This document shows positions 26,703-34,305 of a stretch of 64,000 nucleotides of DNA, one piece after another. Source of the DNA: a virus; the IMG/VR virus record IMGVR_UViG_3300009506_000003, positions 32,001 through 96,000 of that record; one strand, given 5' to 3'. Below the pieces are notes generated by a model. The model saw only the letters and a list, made by a program, of their open reading frames with translations. It was not told the origin of the DNA and made no database searches. Each line of letters begins with the position of its first letter. Positions within the stretch are counted from its first letter, which is position 1. Position numbers and translations under genes: made by a program.

Positions 26703-27592
26703 TAGGTCGGCTCCAAGATACCGAGGGCCGCAGCCTTCAGGTAGTAGCAACGATTGCTGGCAGAGAGGTCATCGCGCACTGTGATCCGGATCTTGTCTAC
26801 AGACCCGGCTCCCAACCGAATGACTCCTCCAAACTTCAAAGCGGCCTGGACGTAGTCCTTCGGGCCAGCGATCTCTATGGTCATGTCGGCAAAGGGGATC
26901 AAGAACCAGTCCTCGTTGGTGAGGAGGTTGCTGAGCTCGGTCTCGCTGCCCCCTGCGGTGATGGCAATCCTCAGGCCGTTTGTCAGCGGTGTCGTGGACC
27001 CAAAGTGATCGTCTCCCAGCGTCCAATCGGAGGCGGTCATGGTGAGGCGCAGCTCATAGAGCAGGATGTCGTCGTCAGGGTCAGCGTTGAAGTCAAAGTG
27101 AACTGGGGTGGTGGACCCATCCACTCGCATGGACGTGATGTCCCCTGGCCCCTTCAGGAAATCTCTTATGAGGGTGCCAAGGTCATCGGGAGCCCATGAG
27201 TCTAGGGCGTCCACCGACAGTCGGTTGTATCCGGCTATCTGCTTGGCAGAGATCATCCGGGCGTAGCCGTCTTTGTCCTTGCCGTGCGCAAGCAGACCTC
27301 GGGTATTGGCCGGTACCGCCAGCCCGTCTTCGACGGCCATGGCCTTGTCGTTGACGTCGTCGTAGAGGATGACGTGGTTGCCGTCCTCAGTCTCTCCAGG
27401 AGTGAGCTTCGCTTCGACCTTCAACCGGTGGACGGTACCGTCGTCGGCTATCTCAAACGTACGAGCATCGCCCGAGTCGTCCACACCGTGAGAGAGCACG
27501 CCTCGCGTATTGGCGGGGACTGCAACACCGTCCTGCACTTCCAGGGCTTTCCCAGAAGAGTCGTACAGTATGACCGCCGGAGATCGACTCAT
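26702..27592 (-). CDS. Virion protein with a duplicated N-terminal repeat
   Basis: Two VILYD...KA..V.DG.AVPANTRG.L.HG.D..G.AR units; ATGA overlap at 27592. Confidence 0.65.
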   Translation of the reverse strand: MSRSPAVILYDSSGKALEVQDGVAVPANTRGVLSHGVDDSGDARTFEIADDGTVHRLKVEAKLTPGETEDGNHVILYDDVNDKAMAVEDGLAVPANTRGLLAHGKDKDGYARMISAKQIAGYNRLSVDALDSWAPDDLGTLIRDFLKGPGDITSMRVDGSTTPVHFDFNADPDDDILLYELRLTMTASDWTLGDDHFGSTTPLTNGLRIAITAGGSETELSNLLTNEDWFLIPFADMTIEIAGPKDYVQAALKFGGVIRLGAGSVDKIRITVRDDLSASNRCYYLKAAALGILEPT

Positions 27593-28152
27593 GCCCATGT
27601 CCTCGTACGCGAGCTTTCGAACACGTTGCTCGTGTAGGTAATAGCATCAGTCAGCGTCACGAGGACAGTCGAACCATCCGTGTCGTACATCTTCCATACT
27701 TCTGTGGTGGGCATCTGGGCAGAGTTACGGGTGAGCGTTAGCTCGACGATCTTCTTCGCCTTCGTAGCGTCCTCATACCAGATGTAGCTGGTAGGGAATG
27801 GCCCCGCCGGCGTCGTCTCTTTGTACGAACCGCTCAAGACCCCGTCTGCGGGACCATCGTCGATGAAGTGGATGAGTTGACGAAGAGCTCTGTGCGCTGC
27901 CTCACTGATGCCCGAGCTGGCAGAGAGAAGCTCTGTTAGGGTGTACGCACCAGCGGCTGAATCCCAGAGCTTGAGCTCGCTATTGGTGCGCTCGAGGCCT
28001 ACGGCCTCATCGTTGCTGGTTGCGTTTTGAAGGACAATGCCACGGGCGTCTACGAAGTCCTCGTTAGGATTCAAAGACGTAGGGAAGTCATCTAGCTGGG
28101 TGCCAGGACCCGGCTTCTCCATTTTGAGAGGATGAACACGATCCCTAGCCAC
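27589..28152 (-). CDS. Hypothetical virion-module protein
   Basis: 187 aa, GTG start with SD GAGGTG. Confidence 0.7.
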   Translation of the reverse strand: MARDRVHPLKMEKPGPGTQLDDFPTSLNPNEDFVDARGIVLQNATSNDEAVGLERTNSELKLWDSAAGAYTLTELLSASSGISEAAHRALRQLIHFIDDGPADGVLSGSYKETTPAGPFPTSYIWYEDATKAKKIVELTLTRNSAQMPTTEVWKMYDTDGSTVLVTLTDAITYTSNVFESSRTRTWA

Positions 28153-28156
28153 AGTG

Positions 28157-28215
28157 GCACCTCACACCGGGGGGTAGCCGAAGCTACCCCCCAGCCGAAG
28201 AATCGGAGGAGGTGC
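28157..28215 (-). promoter_or_regulatory. Structured intergenic RNA element that could occlude the SD of 27589-28152
   Basis: 10-bp GGGGGGTAGC-TTCG-GCTACCCCCC hairpin (28169-28192) nested inside an outer GCACCTC/GAGGTGC stem. Confidence 0.55.
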
Positions 28216-29892
28216 TTACGCCACTCGACCGAAGTCCTGAATCTCGACCCAGAGGTCAGACGCATTCTTGGCAAAGCCCATCTGGATGACGCGGTTACCG
28301 GAACCGGCCGGACGGGTGTTGGTCAGTCCACCGCCAGACGCCAGGTAGTACCTGTCCCCAGGAGTAGCCGATGACAAGACACCGGCTGCCACACCGATTG
28401 CCACCGTGGTGGCCGGGCTTCCAGGAGTGGCCTGGGCAGTGGTAGCCACCGCGAACGGCTTGGTCGTGGACAGCGTTGCAGCATCAGCCTTGGCGATCCG
28501 GTCGCCAGTCCCGGTCCAGTAAACCGGGTCACCGACTGCCACCGCCGAGTCGACGTCCCAGTCATCCTCGAACGACCCACCGAGACCAGAGTGCGTGTGC
28601 AGAGCATCAGCATTGCTGGCCGACCCAGCAGTCAAGGTGTTGAGGTTGGTAGCGGTGACGTTGGCACTGACTGCCACGTCGTTGATCTTGAAGAGCGACG
28701 GCAGCCCCACCACCTTGAGACCGTCGGCGTCGACGTCCAAAGTATCCGGGGTGTCATCGATCTCGATGGCCAAACCAGACGCGGTACGAATGATGCCTTG
28801 GGTTCCACTGACCAGAATTGCCAAGTCCCCAGACTCGAAGGTGAGCCCTGGGTTGGTGGTGGCCAAGTCCACCGCTACGCCGCTCGAAGTGAGCTCGATA
28901 CCAGCCGTGGTGTCCACATTGACCTGCAGGTCTCCGGACCCGTCGAACTCGAGGCCACCAACACCAGCGCCGGCGGCAGCGATGTCGACTCGGAGCACGC
29001 CACTGACGATGACGAGACCGTAGTCCTCATCCGCAGTGACCTTGCCCTTGATCCCACCACCGGAAGCGGACGTGGCGTCGGGTACCGTGCCCGCGCCGGA
29101 CATCTGTTGCCAGACGTTGTCAGAGTCATCCCACGAGTAGAGGATGTCCTGAATCCGGACGTAGTGGATCTCGCCGTCGATGAGGCTCGCAGCCTGACGC
29201 TGGATGCCGACACGGCCGTTTCCGGGATCCGAAGTGGTCGCCGTGCTCGACGTGTTGTTCGCGTAGTCGTAGTTCGGCGTGGTGCCATCACTGTACTCGA
29301 CCAACTGCAAGTTGGCCTGAGTAGTGAAGGTACCGTAGATACGCAGTGGGTACTGCGCTGCGGCCGTGGAGGCATCGGCGTAGATCATCACCACACCAGA
29401 GGTATTGATCTCGTCGAGCTCTTGGGTAGCGGTGGCTCCCCAAGCTGCAGAACCATCACCGTTCACCGCTGAAGCGAAGTTCTGCATGGTGTCCCAGACG
29501 GTAGCACCGATGGAGAACTGGACGTCGCCACCAGTCGCTGCACCGTAGGTGCGCGTCGTGGTCCCATCCGTGATGGAAATGGTGTCGCCACTCACGGGCT
29601 GATTGGCGAAGAAGAGAGCCATGGCAGCCAGGATGCCCTGGGAGTTGCTGAGCTGTGCGGCCCCCAACACCACTTCCTTCACGGTGCCGCCCGAAATGAC
29701 CGCGTCGTTGAGCTGCTGCAGAGTGACCGCGTCGGAAGGGTTTGTACCCGTTCCCATCCCGGTCACCTTGTTGGTCCCCATGGCGATGTTGCCGCCCATC
29801 GTGAGGCCGGCTAGCGTCATGGAGTCAGCGGTTGGGTCCATCTCCTGAGAGAACCCGTCCGACGACATGAAAAGCGGTTTACGTTCTGCCAT
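28216..29892 (-). CDS. Fibre/decoration protein with shaft-like repeats and a capsid-cement-like C-terminal domain
   Basis: Roughly 15-aa repeats (GLEFDGSGDLQVNVD, GIELTSSGVAVDL, GLTFESGDLAILV); C-terminal VAVGDPVY...KADA...G.RYYL...GG.T..P. Confidence 0.65.
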   Translation of the reverse strand: MAERKPLFMSSDGFSQEMDPTADSMTLAGLTMGGNIAMGTNKVTGMGTGTNPSDAVTLQQLNDAVISGGTVKEVVLGAAQLSNSQGILAAMALFFANQPVSGDTISITDGTTTRTYGAATGGDVQFSIGATVWDTMQNFASAVNGDGSAAWGATATQELDEINTSGVVMIYADASTAAAQYPLRIYGTFTTQANLQLVEYSDGTTPNYDYANNTSSTATTSDPGNGRVGIQRQAASLIDGEIHYVRIQDILYSWDDSDNVWQQMSGAGTVPDATSASGGGIKGKVTADEDYGLVIVSGVLRVDIAAAGAGVGGLEFDGSGDLQVNVDTTAGIELTSSGVAVDLATTNPGLTFESGDLAILVSGTQGIIRTASGLAIEIDDTPDTLDVDADGLKVVGLPSLFKINDVAVSANVTATNLNTLTAGSASNADALHTHSGLGGSFEDDWDVDSAVAVGDPVYWTGTGDRIAKADAATLSTTKPFAVATTAQATPGSPATTVAIGVAAGVLSSATPGDRYYLASGGGLTNTRPAGSGNRVIQMGFAKNASDLWVEIQDFGRVA

Positions 29893-29907
29893 GGGTCACA
29901 CTCCTTG

Positions 29908-30342
29908 TTACGCCACTGGCTGCGAACCCGCAGCGTCGTCTGGCGGTTCAGTTATCCTGCCCGTCTCATCGTCGTAGGTGACCTTGTCGAGGTCCTCGAT
30001 TCCGTAGACGGACTGAATTGCGGATCTCACTTTGATGAGCTCAGACTTCCTCTCCGCAGTGAGATCGTCGAGCTGCTTCTTCTTCAACTGCATCTGAGCC
30101 AGCTTCTCATTGGCCTTGCGCTGGTACTCGGTAGCGTCGTGCCCCATGAGACGGGCTGCTTGCTCCGCGTTGACGAACTTGAACTGGGCGAGCTCGAGCA
30201 CCTGCATGTCCTGCTTGGAGAAGTGCTTCATCCCGTCGACCATGATGGGTCCTTTGAGCTCCACTCCACAGACAACGGAAACTGCTGGGTCTTTGGACCC
30301 GTTGCTCTTCGCTGCCACCTTCTTTTTTCGTCCTCTTGTCAT
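29908..30342 (-). CDS. Coiled-coil hypothetical protein
   Basis: 144 aa, SD GGGAG. Confidence 0.7.
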   Translation of the reverse strand: MTRGRKKKVAAKSNGSKDPAVSVVCGVELKGPIMVDGMKHFSKQDMQVLELAQFKFVNAEQAARLMGHDATEYQRKANEKLAQMQLKKKQLDDLTAERKSELIKVRSAIQSVYGIEDLDKVTYDDETGRITEPPDDAAGSQPVA

Positions 30343-30388
30343 TTTGGTCTCCCTTTAGGTTACCCCTGCTGAGTCAGCAAGGGAAGAT

Positions 30389-30823
30389 TTAGCCAAGCCT
30401 CTTGATGATCGAGTAGTCTGGGTTGACTAACACCCGGTCCGTGCTGATGGCAATCCCCATAGATTGTATGTATGCGAGCTCCCCAACCCCAGGCATGACC
30501 GGCAAATGGTTCAGTGTCCCATCCGAGTAGACGAACACCACCTTGCCTGGAGTGAGCCCCGACACGACGCCGATCATTTCTCCGCTGGCCTGAACGCGGC
30601 AGGTGGTCGGTGTTGGTTTCTCGATGATGATGCCCATGGCCGGCATCTTGAGCGCACCGTTCAAAGGGTCCGCAGTGCTCACCTGGTAGACGTCCCCACT
30701 TGCAGGGCCCGTAATGTAGACGCAGTTCCCGACTGCGTCGGAGGACAGACAGGTGGCGGCGAATCTTGTCCTGGGAAAGAGCTGGAACGCTCTCGCTATG
30801 GACAGTTGGTTCAGTAGATCCAT
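30389..30823 (-). CDS. Capsid cement/decoration-like small protein
   Basis: VGNCVYI...ADP...PAMGIIIEK...GLTPGKVVFV resembles the C-terminal domain of 28216-29892. Confidence 0.55.
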   Translation of the reverse strand: MDLLNQLSIARAFQLFPRTRFAATCLSSDAVGNCVYITGPASGDVYQVSTADPLNGALKMPAMGIIIEKPTPTTCRVQASGEMIGVVSGLTPGKVVFVYSDGTLNHLPVMPGVGELAYIQSMGIAISTDRVLVNPDYSIIKRLG

Positions 30824-30839
30824 GGCCGCCTACCATCGC

Positions 30840-31091
30840 TCATCGCTCTTCGTCCGGACCAAACGCGATGAACTCATCGATCTCTGTCTGCAACAAAGAG
30901 GCGGCCTCGTCCAGAGCTGTTGTGCCAGCTTTGTCGGAGCCGGTGCGACCCTTGAGAACCGCTCGCATGAACTTGACCTCGTTCTCGAGGCGATCCTGCT
31001 CCTTCTTGCCCCAGTCCTTCACTGCATCGGACAGCGCCTGTAGGTTCTCGTCGCGTTCGTCCTTGGTGGGTGGTCTCTTTGAGCCTGCCAT
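30840..31091 (-). CDS. Hypothetical protein
   Basis: 83 aa, SD GAGG. Confidence 0.65.
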   Translation of the reverse strand: MAGSKRPPTKDERDENLQALSDAVKDWGKKEQDRLENEVKFMRAVLKGRTGSDKAGTTALDEAASLLQTEIDEFIAFGPDEER

Positions 31092-31098
31092 GCCGTCC

Positions 31099-31848
31099 TC
31101 AGTAGTACTTCTTGATCTTGTCAGTGATGGAGTTGCGCAGGCGAGACACCTTTGACGGGCTCATGTTCAACTGGCGGGCTATCTCTCCAGGGCGTAGTTG
31201 CTGCTTTCCTCCTTCTCCCGTCGTGTACTCCCATACCAAGAGCTCTTCCGGGGAGAGCTCGGGCTTGATGAACCGGGCAACCTCTGTTGCCCGAGACGGC
31301 ATGTTGGTAGCCGGGTCCAGCCCGAACGGTGTTGATGATGTGTAGAGTGCCTTCCTCGACTCAGACTGCGCGCGTTCTATCTCCGGTACCGACCACCCCA
31401 AGTACTCGGAGAGTTCCTGAGAAGTAGGCTCTCGACCATACTGGTCATCGAGCGTGGCGACAGCATTGTCGAACTTGCCCTTCTGAGCGCCCGTTCTGGT
31501 CTCTACGATTCGGGCAGGGTTCTGGTAAGTGGTCAGGAAGCGCTGTGGGGCTTTCTTCAAGTGGTTGCCCACCCAGGTGCCCAACTTCCCTTTGTCCGGG
31601 TCGAACGTTCGGAGAGCTCGAAGGAACTGTTTGTTGTGCTCCGCCTTGATGACCGCAGGCGGCATGTCGATACCCGACCACCGCCCAGTGTTCTGACGAA
31701 TCATCCCCCGGAACTGGTGCAGAAGAGGCCTCAGCTTATCGGGGTCCTCTTCGCTGTCCCTCCACTCGTTCCAGAGCTGGAGATCTTGGAGTTCACGCTC
31801 CTGTTTGGAGGCCTCCTTCTCCAGGTCAATGCTTGCAAGGCTCGACAA
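31099..31848 (-). CDS. Phage sigma-70 family sigma factor (FliA/SigF-like architecture)
   Basis: Region 2 ALRTFDPDKGKLGTW, region 3 GREPTSQELSEYLG, region 4 LSPEE...EIARQLNMSPSKVSRL. Confidence 0.9.
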   Translation of the reverse strand: MSSLASIDLEKEASKQERELQDLQLWNEWRDSEEDPDKLRPLLHQFRGMIRQNTGRWSGIDMPPAVIKAEHNKQFLRALRTFDPDKGKLGTWVGNHLKKAPQRFLTTYQNPARIVETRTGAQKGKFDNAVATLDDQYGREPTSQELSEYLGWSVPEIERAQSESRKALYTSSTPFGLDPATNMPSRATEVARFIKPELSPEELLVWEYTTGEGGKQQLRPGEIARQLNMSPSKVSRLRNSITDKIKKYY

Positions 31849-31870
31849 GATGCCACCTCCGTAGCCCCTG

Positions 31871-33253
31871 CTACAAGCCGAGCACGCGGTCTACAACACC
31901 CGGGTCGTAGGTGTGGTCCTTCTCGGTGTGCTTCTTCCGAACGCCCTCAGTGTTGTCGAAGTGGGACTTCGTCTCTGCGTGCATGAGACCCCGAACTTTG
32001 GACTCCAACTCCTTCGGAGGACACGGGCATTCCGACGCTTGTTCCTTCTCCTCCTTGCCCTTGGGCATGTCGGAGATGTTGGCCTCGAGCTGCCCATCCT
32101 TTTGAGCCTGCTTCTGGAGGTACAGCACCAGAGGATCAGAGGATACTGGGTCCATGAGGTCACCTGCTTTCTTGACCAGGTTGTGAACGCGAATAGGTCG
32201 CTTTCCTTTCCTGGTCTGCTGATAGGGAGCCGCTTTTGTCGAGGCTGCGCTCTTGTACTTCGGAACGATGTCCTCGATTTTGGCGCCCTTCGTCGATGGT
32301 TGAACAGGACCGACTTCGGCACTCGACATGGAGAGCTGTTTGTCAGCGAACGCCTTGCTGTCCTGAGTGGGGGGTTTGACCCCTCCCATGACAGGCAGTC
32401 GAAGGTCTTGGCCAGACATCGACGCCTTCTTCTCTTGGTCCTTCTTGTAGGGGCTGCCTCTCATTTGCTGGATCGCCCCAACCGTCCCGCCGGTCAGAAG
32501 CCCTCCACCCACGCCGCCGGCGGCAGCCGTGCCGGCAGGGATCAGAAACTTGAGCAGTGATTGCTCAGTGGCCGGGTCCGTGACCATCCCCCGAGGGAAC
32601 TTGTTCGCGATGTGCTGCATCAGCCGAGGGGTGAGCCCCTTCTTCTTGGCCAGTGCAAGCAGAGCGACAGTGCCCAAAGGGGCACCAATGAACGCCGCAC
32701 GACGAGCGATGTCCTCCGAGCGCATCTTCCTGCCTCGAGGAGCTATCCCTGCCGCGGTGTGCCCGCTCAACGCGCGCCCAGCCCCCAAGCCAACACCAGT
32801 GCCGGCGAGCAGAGCTGCCGACTCAGGTGACATAGCGAAGCCTTGCAGGCGCTCTGCGGCGCCCATGAACGAGCCCAACTTCTTGAGCCGGTCTTTCAAT
32901 GGGTCTGGTTTGGTAGCCATGGCGATCTCCGCAGGCTTAGCAACCTCCAGAGCCTTTTGCCCAGAGATGCGTGACTTGGCCTTCTCAATGTTGGACTGAG
33001 CCAGCATGTGCTGGATGGCAGGCAGAGCTCCACCTGCCAGCGCCCCGGCCGCCACCTGAGCAGGGATCCACCTTTTCAGGGGTGCCCAGGGGGAGACCTT
33101 GCCGTGCGAGATGAGGTTCGTGAGGCCTGAAAAGACAGGCGTGACCCCAGCGCCTAAAGCGGCGAACTGGAGCGCCTGCCTTCTCTTCTCACCCTCAGTG
33201 AGCTGCACACCTTCTTTGACAAGGCCCCGGTATTTTTTCCAGGGGGAACTCAC
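31871..33253 (-). CDS. Putative internal virion/ejection protein with Gly/Ala-rich hydrophobic helices
   Basis: Start moved to GTG 33253 (GTGA overlap); segments separated by K-x-[AG] motifs. Confidence 0.55.
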   Translation of the reverse strand: MSSPWKKYRGLVKEGVQLTEGEKRRQALQFAALGAGVTPVFSGLTNLISHGKVSPWAPLKRWIPAQVAAGALAGGALPAIQHMLAQSNIEKAKSRISGQKALEVAKPAEIAMATKPDPLKDRLKKLGSFMGAAERLQGFAMSPESAALLAGTGVGLGAGRALSGHTAAGIAPRGRKMRSEDIARRAAFIGAPLGTVALLALAKKKGLTPRLMQHIANKFPRGMVTDPATEQSLLKFLIPAGTAAAGGVGGGLLTGGTVGAIQQMRGSPYKKDQEKKASMSGQDLRLPVMGGVKPPTQDSKAFADKQLSMSSAEVGPVQPSTKGAKIEDIVPKYKSAASTKAAPYQQTRKGKRPIRVHNLVKKAGDLMDPVSSDPLVLYLQKQAQKDGQLEANISDMPKGKEEKEQASECPCPPKELESKVRGLMHAETKSHFDNTEGVRKKHTEKDHTYDPGVVDRVLGL

Positions 33254-33393
33254 TTGACTACGCCGATCCTCTTGAAGCGATCCCACTTCTCTCTCGTCAT
33301 CATCTTCTTCGCCTTGCGCTCCACACGCCTCTTCTGGTTCTTGCCAGAGATCGATGTGGTGACGGGCTTCACGTACTCGCGGCTCTCTGCCAT
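33250..33393 (-). CDS. Small basic protein (47 aa)
   Basis: Not in the ORF track. SD AGGAGAG, MAESREYVKPVTTSISGKNQKRRVERKAKKMMTREKWDRFKRIGVVK; fills the gap exactly. Confidence 0.7.
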   Translation of the reverse strand: MAESREYVKPVTTSISGKNQKRRVERKAKKMMTREKWDRFKRIGVVK

Positions 33394-33402
33394 GGTGCTC
33401 TC

Positions 33403-33612
33403 CTATGTTGTGGCCCGAGTTACCACCTCGGGCTCATCTGAATCCAACGTGTTTGGGTTTCCATCATCGACAGGCTCCTCGTCCTGCGTGAGCATGCTCG
33501 AGAACGGCCTGTCGTTGGTCATGTCCATGTGCTTTTCCTTCTCCGCCTGCTGCTCGGAAAGAATACCGCTCAGCTCGTCGAAGAAAGATTTGGTTGAGTC
33601 TGCAAACGACAT
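33403..33612 (-). CDS. Small acidic protein with N-terminal SFFDEL motif
   Basis: ATG at 33612 in a TGATG overlap. Confidence 0.7.
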   Translation of the reverse strand: MSFADSTKSFFDELSGILSEQQAEKEKHMDMTNDRPFSSMLTQDEEPVDDGNPNTLDSDEPEVVTRATT

Positions 33613-34070
33613 CAGTCTGCCTTGTCCTTCCCCGCTTTGTAGGCGCGGATGTGTTTGCATTCATACCCCAAGTTGATGCTTCCTTTGTACCTCCAATCGC
33701 CACATTGACAACCAAGCCTTCCGCCCGGAAGTTTTCGGATCTCATACGACTTTCCAGGAAGGGTGCTGCTCTTGACCTTGCCCACAGGTGGGGCGTTGGT
33801 GAGGTCACCCATGGACTTGGCGTGGAGAATGAGCTTGTCGTCCGCGTCCGGGTGAGTGGCCAATGCTTTGACGAACTTCGGGTCTGCTGCGTTGTTCACC
33901 AGCTTGCGCCACTTGTCGCTGCTGGAGTTGGGGGAAAAGTGGTAGTCGACTCTCCGCTGAATCTTCTCGTCCTTCGACCGAAAGAGATCGAGGAAGCCCT
34001 GCCATAGGTCACCCAGGCCGGCTATCTTCTCGAGCTCGTCCGAGAAGGCTTCGAGAGAGACTTGGTCCAC
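33612..34070 (-). CDS. SWIM zinc-finger protein with N-terminal AFSDELEKIA motif
   Basis: CQCGDW...ECKHI fits the SWIM CxCx(n)CxH pattern. Confidence 0.8.
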   Translation of the reverse strand: MDQVSLEAFSDELEKIAGLGDLWQGFLDLFRSKDEKIQRRVDYHFSPNSSSDKWRKLVNNAADPKFVKALATHPDADDKLILHAKSMGDLTNAPPVGKVKSSTLPGKSYEIRKLPGGRLGCQCGDWRYKGSINLGYECKHIRAYKAGKDKAD

Positions 34071-34071
34071 A

Positions 34072-34296
34072 TCAACCCCCTGCTTGCTGCATGCGCTCGT
34101 AGACCTGCCGCCCCAGAAGGTACTTGTCCAGCTCCTTCTTTCCGAAGTGCATGCCGGCCGCGCCGGCGCCGATGAGGCTGAGAGGCTTCCAATGCTGGGC
34201 CGCTGTGGTCAGACCCTTGCCGGCCAGATTCATCAGTGCCCCTTGGGCCTGCTTGATCTTGACCAGCTCGTCTGCGAATGAGGTCATGTTGATCAT
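34072..34296 (-). CDS. Small protein with SFADELVKI motif
   Basis: 74 aa, SD AGGAG. Confidence 0.7.
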   Translation of the reverse strand: MINMTSFADELVKIKQAQGALMNLAGKGLTTAAQHWKPLSLIGAGAAGMHFGKKELDKYLLGRQVYERMQQAGG

Positions 34297-34305
34297 GCCA
34301 ATCTC

